Positions 28,210 through 37,496 of a stretch of 64,000 nt of DNA are shown piece by piece. The notes under the pieces are model-generated. The model worked only from the letters and a program-made list of their open reading frames with translations. It was not told the origin of the DNA and searched no databases. The DNA comes from Patescibacteria group bacterium (GTDB lineage Bacteria; Patescibacteriota; Microgenomatia; UBA12405): positions 10,227-74,226 of the forward strand of contig WARW01000003.1 in assembly GCA_013387215.1 (NCBI GenBank), written 5' to 3'. Each line of letters starts with the position of its first letter. Positions within the stretch are counted from its first letter, which is position 1. Both the position numbers and the translations under genes were made by a program.

Positions 28210-29727
28210 ATGGATAAAAAAATAAGAAATGTTTTATTGGTTTTGTTAATTTTTGTCGTGGGAACGGCAGTATTTGCATTAATAAAGACTAGGACAAAGA
28301 AAACCTGTGATCATTGCAATATTGTGATAATGGATATTGATATTTTAAGAGCTGATGAATTGCCCTGTTACGGATATTCCAGAAATACGACCCCAAATAT
28401 TTGCCAGTTTGCCAAAAAGGCAACTGTTTTTAAGGATAATTATTCAACTTCTGTTTTAACACTACCAGATATGTTTTCGATAATTACATCTCTTTATCCA
28501 ACTTTTCACCATGTGAACACAGCAACAATCGATAAACTTTCAGCAAACATCCCTACTTTGACTGAGATATTGAAAAAAGAAGGCTACAGGACAGTTTTTA
28601 TTGGAGATAGTGAATATTCTGGAACAATAAATAATCAAAACAATGGGCTAAGAGGCTTTGATATGGTGACACAAGAACCGATTGAAAAGGTAATGGAAGA
28701 ATTATCAAAAAGTTCTCAACCATGGTTTATATATTATTACTCAGGCGACTTACATATGCCTTATTTACTGCCGAAAAACACAAAACCGATGGAAAATATG
28801 CCGGCTCCAAAAAACTTACCGATAAACCAAACTGATTTTGATAAACGGTTAAATATTTATTTAAAAAATCACTACAAAGAGGTTTTTAATAAAAAAGCCA
28901 TTAAAGAATATTCTTCAATAATATTATCGCCAGATAAACCAGCAACTGAACTGTTTTATTCCTTAAAAAGTGACAATGAAAAGATGAAAGAATACTTAAT
29001 CGATGTGTGGAAACCTGAGTTTAACGTGTATATGGAATCATTTGATCAAAATAATTCTTCAGAGGTAAGTTATGTCCGAATGATTTATGATACAAAGTTA
29101 AATTTAGTTGATAATAAACTTGAAAAGGTGCTTAAAAAACTGGACACAAAAGAATCAATAAAAAATACGATTACTTTAATTTCATCAAACCACGGAGAAA
29201 GCTTTGGAGAACATGGAAATTTTTCCCATAATTTTAGTCCTCACTCAGAACTTTATTACACTCCATTAATAATTAAAGCGCCACAACTTAAGGCAAAACA
29301 AATCCAAAATACTTCAAGTAATATGGATATCCTACCCACAATTTTGGATTTAACTGGAATAAAAAAGTTAGACAGTTTTCAAGGAAACTCATTGATCGCT
29401 AGTATTAATCAAAAAGAAAACTTAGAAAATTTTGCCATGAGTGAATATTGGGGAAATATAATTTTACAAAATAAAAAATGGCTATATTTTTTACCAGCAG
29501 AAGCTAAATACATTGAGCAATCAATGCTTTTTAATAAAGAGAATGATAAAGATGAAAATACCAATGTGTCGATGCAAAATACAGAACTAGTAAAGATGCT
29601 TTACAAAAGGGCGGATTTGCTACGTTCTTATAGTGGAATTAATTATAAAATAGAAACTATTCCTACTAATGAAATAAAAATAGATCCTGAAAAAATTAAG
29701 AGGATTCAAAAAGAAGGATATTTTTAA
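28210..29727 (+). CDS. Sulfatase-fold ectoenzyme paralogue 4 (variant metal-ligand motif SNHGE)
   Basis: CDHCNI, SVLTLPD, SSNHGESFGEHG (Asn where the other copies have Asp) and KRIQKEGYF. Confidence 0.75.
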   Translation: MDKKIRNVLLVLLIFVVGTAVFALIKTRTKKTCDHCNIVIMDIDILRADELPCYGYSRNTTPNICQFAKKATVFKDNYSTSVLTLPDMFSIITSLYPTFHHVNTATIDKLSANIPTLTEILKKEGYRTVFIGDSEYSGTINNQNNGLRGFDMVTQEPIEKVMEELSKSSQPWFIYYYSGDLHMPYLLPKNTKPMENMPAPKNLPINQTDFDKRLNIYLKNHYKEVFNKKAIKEYSSIILSPDKPATELFYSLKSDNEKMKEYLIDVWKPEFNVYMESFDQNNSSEVSYVRMIYDTKLNLVDNKLEKVLKKLDTKESIKNTITLISSNHGESFGEHGNFSHNFSPHSELYYTPLIIKAPQLKAKQIQNTSSNMDILPTILDLTGIKKLDSFQGNSLIASINQKENLENFAMSEYWGNIILQNKKWLYFLPAEAKYIEQSMLFNKENDKDENTNVSMQNTELVKMLYKRADLLRSYSGINYKIETIPTNEIKIDPEKIKRIQKEGYF

Positions 29728-31292
29728 TGAAAGGCTTTTTAAGTAGAAAAAAACTTTTGTTGCTAGCATTATTGATTTTATTGTCGATAGTAATTGGTTT
29801 TGGATCGTGGACTTTTTATAAAAAAACAGAAAATAAGTCCGAAAAAAAGTGCGAGAATTGCAACATAATGCTTATTGATATTGATATTTTAAGAGGTGAT
29901 GAATTATCCTGTTTGGGATATTCCCGAAATACCACCCCAAACATTTGTGAATTTGCCAAAAATGGAGCTGTTTTTAAGGATAATTATTCGACTTCATATT
30001 GGACTCTTCCAAGTATATTTTCAACCATGACTTCTTTGTATCCGACTTTTCATGGGATGCAAAATGCAGGCAAGGATATTCTCTCTCCAAACATTACAAC
30101 TTTGGCTGAGGTGTTACATAAAAAAGGATATATGACGGTTATGGTAAACGGAAATAAAGATACAATGCAAATGCTGTTTGGCGATAATGAGGGTTTGAGA
30201 GGCTTTGAAATGGTTACAGCTGATCCGGTTGAAAAAGTTATAGATGACTTATCAAAAGACAATAGACCTTGGTTTATTTATTACTATAACTCAGAGCTGC
30301 ACTTTCCATATTTATTGCCAGAAAACACAAAACCGATGGAAGATTTGCCAGCTCCAAAAAATTTACCAATAAACCAAACTGATTTTGATACTTTACTAAA
30401 TAAATATTTAAAGACTCATTATACAGAAATATTTAAGCCAAAGATAATTGATAAGTACGGTTCGATTATTTTAGGGTCAAATAAAGAAGATGATATGGGT
30501 ATGGTGAAAATGTTTAATACTTTAAAAGCGGATCCTTCAAAAGTAAGCGAATATTTTATTAATGACTGGAATGCAAATTACCAAACTTACATGGAGTCGT
30601 TTGATCAAAATAATCCATCTGACGTTAAATATGTGCGAATGCTTTACGATACAAAATTAAAATTACTTGATAATAAAATGGGAAGTGTTTTACAAAAATT
30701 AAATTCGAAACAGCTTTCAGAAAATACAATCACAGTTATTACTTCAGACCATGGAGAAAATTTTGGAGAACATGGTTTTTTTACCCATATTGCCGATTTT
30801 CATTCCGAAGTGTTTTATATTCCATTAATTATTAAATCACCCAACATTTTACCGACAACAATCGAGCAAACAACAAGTAATATTGACATATTCCCTACTC
30901 TTTTAGATTTAACTGGCATCAATAGCCCGGGCGGACTACAAGGGATTTCTTTAGTTCCGTATATTAATAATCAGCACACAGAAAAACAATCATTTGCTAT
31001 GAGTGAATATTGGGGAAATGTGATTTTAGAGAATCATGATTGGCTGTATTTTTTACCTAAAGATGAGCAAGGTGTAGTCAAACCCACGTTCTATGACAGA
31101 ATTAAAGATCCGGCAGAAAAAGAAAATGTCATAGATAAATATCCTGAGATGGTAAATTCCCTTTATAAACAAGCCAGCCTGCTTCGCTCTTATAATGTTT
31201 TCTATGAAAATAAACCAATAGTAAAACCTGATGTAATCAAAAACATTGATAAAGTAAAATTAGATCGATTAAGGAAAGAAGGTTATTTTTAA
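29727..31292 (+). CDS. Sulfatase-fold ectoenzyme paralogue 5
   Basis: CENCNI, SYWTLPS, SDHGENFGEHG, DRLRKEGYF. Its start codon overlaps the stop of paralogue 4 (TAATG). Confidence 0.8.
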   Translation: MKGFLSRKKLLLLALLILLSIVIGFGSWTFYKKTENKSEKKCENCNIMLIDIDILRGDELSCLGYSRNTTPNICEFAKNGAVFKDNYSTSYWTLPSIFSTMTSLYPTFHGMQNAGKDILSPNITTLAEVLHKKGYMTVMVNGNKDTMQMLFGDNEGLRGFEMVTADPVEKVIDDLSKDNRPWFIYYYNSELHFPYLLPENTKPMEDLPAPKNLPINQTDFDTLLNKYLKTHYTEIFKPKIIDKYGSIILGSNKEDDMGMVKMFNTLKADPSKVSEYFINDWNANYQTYMESFDQNNPSDVKYVRMLYDTKLKLLDNKMGSVLQKLNSKQLSENTITVITSDHGENFGEHGFFTHIADFHSEVFYIPLIIKSPNILPTTIEQTTSNIDIFPTLLDLTGINSPGGLQGISLVPYINNQHTEKQSFAMSEYWGNVILENHDWLYFLPKDEQGVVKPTFYDRIKDPAEKENVIDKYPEMVNSLYKQASLLRSYNVFYENKPIVKPDVIKNIDKVKLDRLRKEGYF

Positions 31293-31298
31293 AAACAG

Positions 31299-32831
31299 AT
31301 GAAAAAAAAGATAAGTTTATTATTAATTGGATTAATGGTTTTTTTTACAATCGCTGCTTTTTTAATAAAAAAAGAAGTTATTAATAAACCTAAAATCTGC
31401 AAGCATTGCAATATCATGCTTATTGATGTGGATGTATTGAGAGGAGATGAATTGCCCTGCTATGGATATTCCCGAAACACCACCCCAAACATTTGTGAAT
31501 TTGCCAAAAATGGAGCTGTTTTTAAGGATAATTATTCGAACTCAATAATGACGCTGCCAAGTATGTTTTCCACTATCACTTCGCTTTATTTAACTTTTCA
31601 TAAAGTAGAAGTAAGTTTTGCTGATAGACTTTCGATAAAAATACCAACTTTAGCAGAGACATTACAAAAAGAAGGATATAGAACTGTATTTATAGGCAAA
31701 AGCGATGACCCTTCCACACTAAACCAAGAAAATGGAGGTTTACGAGGTTATGATTTAGTGACTCAAGATTCAATCGATAAGGTTGTGGACGATTTATCAA
31801 AAAGTTCTCAACCTTGGTTTGTGCACTACTATAATTCAGATTTACATATGCCCTATTTATTGTATGATGGCATGAAACCAATGGAAAATTTGCCAGCTCC
31901 GAAAAATATGCCAATCAGTTATTCGGATTTCGATAAACTGTTAAATACTTATTTAAAAAAACATTCAACTGAAATATTTAATAAAAAAGCAATTGAGGAA
32001 TATTCATCAACAATATTGGCACCAGATAAAGAAAACGATGTGAGCGTGACCCAGCTTTTTTATACCCTTCGCAATGATCCTAATAAAATGAAAAAATATT
32101 TAATTGATGGCTGGAAACCGATTTTTGATTCTTATATGGGATCGTTTGATAAAAATAATGAAAAAGATTTGGCTTATTTAAGGATGATGTATGATTCTAA
32201 TCTTAATTTGGTGGACAAAAAGTTGGAGCCAGTTTTGAATAAATTAAAATCAAAATTATTAGCAAAAAACACTATAAGTATATTTATGTCAGACCATGGC
32301 GAAGCTTTTGGTGAACACGGAACTTTTACTCACGACTACAACCATCACACAGAGCTATTTTATACACCATTAATAATTAAAAGTCCTAGTTTTTCAGGAA
32401 AAGTGATTGACCAAACTACAAGTAATATCGATATTTTTCCAACTATTCTCGAACTTGCAGGAATTAGAGACCCAGGTGTTTTACAAGGACAATCGTTGGT
32501 TCCGCATATGAAGGGAGTGGCCGAAAATTCAAGACCATTTGCCATAAGTGAATATTACAATGGCACGGTTTTACAAAACCATAACTGGTTTTATTATTTA
32601 CTGAACAGTGAAAATATTGAAAATTCGATACTTTATGACAAAATAAATGATCCTTTGGAAAAGGATAATGTATCTTTAAAACATCCAGACTTAACAATGA
32701 ATCTTTTCAAACAAGCAGATATTTTGCGTGTATATAATAGAAATTATAATAAGGAAGAGATTCTAAGATCCGAAAAGACTGGATTAGATCAGACAAAAAT
32801 AAAAAGGATTCAAAAAGAAGGATATTTTTAA
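31299..32831 (+). CDS. Sulfatase-fold ectoenzyme paralogue 6
   Basis: CKHCNI, SIMTLPS, SDHGEAFGEHG, KRIQKEGYF. Confidence 0.8.
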   Translation: MKKKISLLLIGLMVFFTIAAFLIKKEVINKPKICKHCNIMLIDVDVLRGDELPCYGYSRNTTPNICEFAKNGAVFKDNYSNSIMTLPSMFSTITSLYLTFHKVEVSFADRLSIKIPTLAETLQKEGYRTVFIGKSDDPSTLNQENGGLRGYDLVTQDSIDKVVDDLSKSSQPWFVHYYNSDLHMPYLLYDGMKPMENLPAPKNMPISYSDFDKLLNTYLKKHSTEIFNKKAIEEYSSTILAPDKENDVSVTQLFYTLRNDPNKMKKYLIDGWKPIFDSYMGSFDKNNEKDLAYLRMMYDSNLNLVDKKLEPVLNKLKSKLLAKNTISIFMSDHGEAFGEHGTFTHDYNHHTELFYTPLIIKSPSFSGKVIDQTTSNIDIFPTILELAGIRDPGVLQGQSLVPHMKGVAENSRPFAISEYYNGTVLQNHNWFYYLLNSENIENSILYDKINDPLEKDNVSLKHPDLTMNLFKQADILRVYNRNYNKEEILRSEKTGLDQTKIKRIQKEGYF

Positions 32832-32838
32832 AAAATAA

Positions 32839-34227
32839 ATGAAAAAAAATTATTTTTATATAGTTTTGGCAATTTTTAGCGGATTAATGATGTTCCCCCA
32901 ATTGATGATTAAGTACCCTTCTTTAATTGATGATGGAGTTAATTTTTTAACAGTAAAAAACAATAATTTTTTTCAAATATTTTGGCACCAACTATTTATT
33001 GATGAAAGAACAAGACCATTACAACTGATTTTTAGAAAAATACTTTTTGAAATTTGGGGATTTAATATATCGGGGAATTTTTTGGCTTACACCTTATTAC
33101 TTTTTGGAGTTGGGGTTATGGTTTGGAAAATTTTGGAAGGCATATTTAATGACAATAAAATAAAATGGTTAAGCCTTTTACTGTTTACTTTACCAGGAGT
33201 TTATGCGAATTTTTATCGTTTAGGCACAGATGAAACTATACAATTATTTTCAATTTTGGTAGTTATTGCCTTAGTAATCAGAAAGAAGTGGAAATGGGGC
33301 ATGATTGTGATGTTAATAAGTTTATTAACGAAGGAAACTTCTATTTTATTTTTGATGGCTCTTTTAGTGTTTTATTTGGTAAACAAACGAAAAAAAGAAG
33401 CGGTTTGGGGTGTGATTGGAGCTGGATTATTTATTTTTTTAGTCTGTTTTAAATATCAGTTTTATGAATCGGCAACATATATCCGAACTGGAGAATTATC
33501 TTGGAAACATATAATGTATAGTTTTACCTCTCACCCAGTCTTGGCAATACTGGTGATTGTTTTGCCAATTTTACTTTGGATAAAAAGAAAGGCTTTGGGA
33601 GAAAGAAATGCCTTATTAATGGCCTTATTAATTAGCAGTTGTATTGGAGAAATTGTAATTTGGGATGTAAGACAGGAATACTACTGGTTAATAATAGAAG
33701 TATTAATCTCGATTGGAATTGCGATGGCTCTTAGTCAAATAAAATATTGGCCGTTAATGCTGGTAATGTTGGCGTACTTAAATTTTAATAACACCATGTA
33801 TGAGATTAAGTATTGGCACGGAAAATATCTGAAAGACGAAGTCTTGGTTGAATATTTACTCAACAAAAATTGGAAAAATACAAATGTTTATATAGACGAT
33901 AATGATTTTGAAGAAAACGATAAGATACGCTATTATATTAGTTCCTGGAACACTGGGGCAAAAAGTATTTATCCAGATACTGATATTTGGCTAGTAAATC
34001 AAACTAAAAAAGATAGAAATTATTTTATCGAAACAGCCAAAAATTCAATTAAGCTATTTAACGAAAATAAAACCAATAGCGTTTTGATTTCAAATAATGA
34101 AGAAGATTTATATAAAATGGGAAAAGAACTTTCAGTTGATTTTCAGCAAGCAGCTAGAAAAATATGCGGAAAGTCATGGTTGCTTTCTAATCCCGATTGT
34201 TTTTTGATTATTGAAAAGAATCAATAA
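32839..34227 (+). CDS. Polytopic membrane protein, GT-C glycosyltransferase-like
   Basis: 462 aa with more than 10 TM helices, an acidic first loop (LIDDGVNFL) and a soluble C-terminal domain. It starts 7 nt after the sulfatase-like array. Confidence 0.45.
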   Translation: MKKNYFYIVLAIFSGLMMFPQLMIKYPSLIDDGVNFLTVKNNNFFQIFWHQLFIDERTRPLQLIFRKILFEIWGFNISGNFLAYTLLLFGVGVMVWKILEGIFNDNKIKWLSLLLFTLPGVYANFYRLGTDETIQLFSILVVIALVIRKKWKWGMIVMLISLLTKETSILFLMALLVFYLVNKRKKEAVWGVIGAGLFIFLVCFKYQFYESATYIRTGELSWKHIMYSFTSHPVLAILVIVLPILLWIKRKALGERNALLMALLISSCIGEIVIWDVRQEYYWLIIEVLISIGIAMALSQIKYWPLMLVMLAYLNFNNTMYEIKYWHGKYLKDEVLVEYLLNKNWKNTNVYIDDNDFEENDKIRYYISSWNTGAKSIYPDTDIWLVNQTKKDRNYFIETAKNSIKLFNENKTNSVLISNNEEDLYKMGKELSVDFQQAARKICGKSWLLSNPDCFLIIEKNQ

Positions 34228-34236
34228 TAATTCGAT

Positions 34237-34704
34237 TTACTTGATTGCTTTTTCGCGATGACAGACCAAATTCTGTTGGTGCTTCTTTTCTAAATAATCA
34301 GGAATAGATTGGGCAGTTTTTTGATAATAGCTATAGATGGCTTCAGTGAGAGCGTCAGCGGCTAAAAGGGAACAATGAATTTTGACAACCGGAAGATTGT
34401 CGAGAGCTTTGATAACATCTTGATTACCAATTTTTAGAGCATCTTCAAGAGTCTTGTTTTTAGCCAAATCAGTGACCACACTACTGGTAGCAATAGCAGC
34501 AGCGCAACCAAGGGTCTCGAATTTAACATCTTCAATAAATTCTTTGCCTTCCGAATTTTTAGAAATTTTTAAATATAGTTTCATAACATCACCGCAAGTC
34601 AGATTGCCAACCTCGCCAACTGCGTCCGCATTGCTAATAGAGCCAAAATTATGGGGATTTCGAAAATGTTCTAAAACTTTTGGAGAGTAAGATAAATTGG
34701 TCAT
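34237..34704 (-). CDS. iscU: Fe-S cluster assembly scaffold (IscU/NifU N-terminal type)
   Basis: GNLTCGDVMKLYL, LGCAAAIATSS and KIHCSLLAADAL supply the three conserved Cys. Confidence 0.85.
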   Translation of the reverse strand: MTNLSYSPKVLEHFRNPHNFGSISNADAVGEVGNLTCGDVMKLYLKISKNSEGKEFIEDVKFETLGCAAAIATSSVVTDLAKNKTLEDALKIGNQDVIKALDNLPVVKIHCSLLAADALTEAIYSYYQKTAQSIPDYLEKKHQQNLVCHREKAIK

Positions 34705-35864
34705 AGTTTAAATGGAGATAAAATTCTAAATTTATTAATAACTTGAGGAATGACTTCTAGAAGATAATCGATCTCTTCTTCCGTAGTCCAGCGACCAATA
34801 CTAAAACGAAGTGAACCGTGAGCCTGGTGGGCTTTTAAACCGGTAGCTAATAGAACATGGCTTGGCTCCAAAGAGTTAGAGGAACAAGCAGAACCAGTTG
34901 AGCAAGCAATACCGGCAAAATCGAGCTGAAGCATCAAGGACTCCCCTTCAACTTTTGAGAATGAAATATTAATATTATTTGAAAGCCTTTGAGTTGGATG
35001 GCCGTTTAGATAGCTGCCTTCAATAGAAGTTAAAATACTATTAATTAATTTATCGCGAAGTTTAGTCAATCTTTCTGTTTCTTGGGGCATTTCTTCAATA
35101 CAAAGTTCAGCTGCCTTGGCAAAGCCAGCAATTAAGGGCACGTTTACAGTGGAGGAACGAAGGCCATATTCGTGACCACCACCATGTAGAAGCGGTTCAA
35201 TTTTAGTGCCTGATTTTATATAAAGAAGAGCTACTCCTTTGGGACCATAAATTTTGTGTGAAGAAGCGGTTAATAAATCTAAATTCATTTTTTGAACATC
35301 AATTGGGGTTTTTCCAAAACTCTGGGAAGCGTCAGTGTGAAAATAGACTTTATTTTCTTTACAAATTTTACCGATGGCTTCCAAGTCCTGAATAGTACCA
35401 ATTTCATTGTTGCCATGAATTATGGAAACTAAAATTGTATCGGGGCGAATAGATAATTTTAGAGCTTCAAGATCGATCAAACCAAATTTATCGACTGGCA
35501 CTTTAGTAATTTCAAAACCCATTTTTTTAAGCCAATTAGAGCTTTCAACAATACAATCGTGTTCAATTGAAGAAATAATAATATGCTTGCCTTTTTTTTG
35601 ATTGGCAAAAGCAATACCCTTTAAAACAGTGTTGTTAGATTCGGTTGCAGAACCAGTAAAAATTATTTCTTGAGGCTTAGAATTAAGAATTTTAGCAAAA
35701 GTATTTCGACTTTCTTCCACAATTTCTGAAGCTTTCTGGCCAAAGGAATGAAGCGACATGGTGTTGCCACAAAAATCGAATTCAAATAATGGCAACATGG
35801 TCTTTAACACCCGAGGGTCTAAAGGAGTTGAAGCAGCATAGTCGAAATAGATTTGTTTATTCAT
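34701..35864 (-). CDS. iscS: Cysteine desulfurase (NifS/IscS class)
   Basis: PLP lysine motif SSHKIYGPKG, active-site loop STGSACSS, 387 aa. Confidence 0.9.
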   Translation of the reverse strand: MNKQIYFDYAASTPLDPRVLKTMLPLFEFDFCGNTMSLHSFGQKASEIVEESRNTFAKILNSKPQEIIFTGSATESNNTVLKGIAFANQKKGKHIIISSIEHDCIVESSNWLKKMGFEITKVPVDKFGLIDLEALKLSIRPDTILVSIIHGNNEIGTIQDLEAIGKICKENKVYFHTDASQSFGKTPIDVQKMNLDLLTASSHKIYGPKGVALLYIKSGTKIEPLLHGGGHEYGLRSSTVNVPLIAGFAKAAELCIEEMPQETERLTKLRDKLINSILTSIEGSYLNGHPTQRLSNNINISFSKVEGESLMLQLDFAGIACSTGSACSSNSLEPSHVLLATGLKAHQAHGSLRFSIGRWTTEEEIDYLLEVIPQVINKFRILSPFKL

Positions 35865-36258
35865 TTTCAGAAACTAAACTTAATAACGAAATAGAATTTA
35901 AAGTGGCAATAAAACCGTCTTGAATTTTCTTCCACATTCTTTGGGTTAAACATTTTTGACTGTCGGGACAATTAAAATGACCATCAACACATTTAACAGG
36001 GGTAAATTTGCCTTCTAACGATTGCATGATTTCGCCAACGGTAATATTTTTTGGTTCACGGCTTAAAGTGTAGCCACCAAGTACTCCCCTTTTAACAGTG
36101 AGTAAGCCGTCTTTTTTAAGTTTAGAAAATATTTTTTCTAGGTATTCAAAAGGAATTTTTTCCACATCAGATATTTCTTTGGTTGAGCAACATTTGTTGT
36201 GCAAAGCTAAATAAGCCATTGCTTTGAGCCCATAACGGGAACGGGTTGATATTTTCAT
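35857..36258 (-). CDS. iscR: Rrf2-family regulator with a three-Cys cluster (IscR-like)
   Basis: MKISTRSRYGLKAMAYLA HTH N-terminus and the CVDGHFNCPDSQKC Cys triad. It lies upstream of iscS-iscU. Confidence 0.8.
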   Translation of the reverse strand: MKISTRSRYGLKAMAYLALHNKCCSTKEISDVEKIPFEYLEKIFSKLKKDGLLTVKRGVLGGYTLSREPKNITVGEIMQSLEGKFTPVKCVDGHFNCPDSQKCLTQRMWKKIQDGFIATLNSISLLSLVSENE

Positions 36259-36264
36259 AAAACT

Positions 36265-36279
36265 GGACTAATTTAGTCC
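36265..36279. promoter_or_regulatory. Perfect 7-1-7 dyad GGACTAA-T-TTAGTCC, 6 nt upstream of the Rrf2 start codon (candidate IscR operator)
   Basis: Read directly. It fills most of the 25-nt gap between the HAD gene stop and the iscR start. Confidence 0.45.
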
Positions 36280-36283
36280 GATT

Positions 36284-36910
36284 TTATATAGAAACGGAAA
36301 GCTTGTCAACAAGATAGTTGTCGATGATTGGTTTAAATTCGAGATAGTTTTTAAAAATTATTCCATTAATTCCCAGTTTTTGAGCAGCCTCAACATTTTC
36401 AGGCTTGTCATCAATAAATATAATTTCCTCTGGTTTATAATCTCCGTACTGAAAAATATTTTGATAAATTTCTGGATTTGGTTTTCGTTGATGAACAGCC
36501 CAAGATAAGATAGAGTAATCAAAATAGGGTTCGATATATTTTTTAAAATAATTGCCAATAAAGTTTTCGGTGTTAGAAAGGCAAGCAACTTTAAGACCTG
36601 ATTCTTGGATGGTTTTGATTAAATCAAGCATGTTTTTATCAAGGTATGAATTGAAAAGGTCGGCGTTACCAAAAATGTCGTCTATTTTTTTCATGAAATC
36701 TTTGGGGTCAACACTGGGGGCCAAAACCTTAAACCAATCTTCGATCTGGGTTTGTCCAGTTTCAAAACCAAGATAGACTTTTTCGTATTCATTTCGAAAA
36801 TCATTAAAAGAAATGTCAGCTAAAATCGACCAAGATAAAAATAATTGATCGAATAAAGGGCGAAATTCCCAAATAACATTACCAATATCAAAAACATAAA
36901 ATTTGATCAT
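36284..36910 (-). CDS. HAD-superfamily hydrolase (subfamily IA-like)
   Basis: Motif I FDIGNV, motif II LSN, motif IV IFIDDKPENV. Confidence 0.75.
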   Translation of the reverse strand: MIKFYVFDIGNVIWEFRPLFDQLFLSWSILADISFNDFRNEYEKVYLGFETGQTQIEDWFKVLAPSVDPKDFMKKIDDIFGNADLFNSYLDKNMLDLIKTIQESGLKVACLSNTENFIGNYFKKYIEPYFDYSILSWAVHQRKPNPEIYQNIFQYGDYKPEEIIFIDDKPENVEAAQKLGINGIIFKNYLEFKPIIDNYLVDKLSVSI

Positions 36911-36953
36911 GGGAAAATTTTAAACTAGAGCCAGGAAAAAGTATAATACTTGT

Positions 36954-37496
36954 ATGACAGATGAAGAGATTGTTAAGTCGATTCAAGACGGAAATAAAGA
37001 AAACTACGAACTAATTGTTGAGAGATATGAAAAGAAATTGTTTTTTTATATCAAAAAAATGATCAATCAGCCGGCGGAAGAAGTTGAGGATGTGCTACAA
37101 GAGGTGTTTATTAATTCATATATAAATATTCAAAGCTTCGACACTAAAAAAAAGTTTTCGAGCTGGATTTATAGAATTGCCCATAATAAAAGTGTTGATT
37201 ATATTAAAAAGGTTAAATTGAAAATCAAAATATGTGAAGATGACGATTTGTTTGAAGAAAACAATAAATTAATTGAAGACGTTTTGGTTGAAGAAGAAAA
37301 TAAAACTCAAGTGTTTAGATCAATTAATCTTTTGGAAGAAAAATACAAAGAAGTAGTTCTTTTGTATTATTATGAAAATAAAAGTTATGAAGAAATTTCG
37401 GAAATATTAAGAATACCAACAAATAATGTTGGGGTAATGCTTTTTAGAGCCAAAGAAAAATTAAAAGTTTTTTTAAAAAATTATGAAAAAAACTAA
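36954..37496 (+). CDS. ECF-type RNA polymerase sigma factor
   Basis: Region 2 (FSSWIYRIAHNKSVDYIKK) and region 4 HTH (YEEISEILRIPTNNVGVMLFRAKEKLK). Confidence 0.85.
   Translation: MTDEEIVKSIQDGNKENYELIVERYEKKLFFYIKKMINQPAEEVEDVLQEVFINSYINIQSFDTKKKFSSWIYRIAHNKSVDYIKKVKLKIKICEDDDLFEENNKLIEDVLVEEENKTQVFRSINLLEEKYKEVVLLYYYENKSYEEISEILRIPTNNVGVMLFRAKEKLKVFLKNYEKN

Noticed and set aside
23494-32831. Regular ~1.5-kb periodicity that might suggest a repeat array or CRISPR-like structure
   Set aside because: The period equals one full-length paralogous gene. No short direct repeats alternate with unique spacers anywhere in the window.
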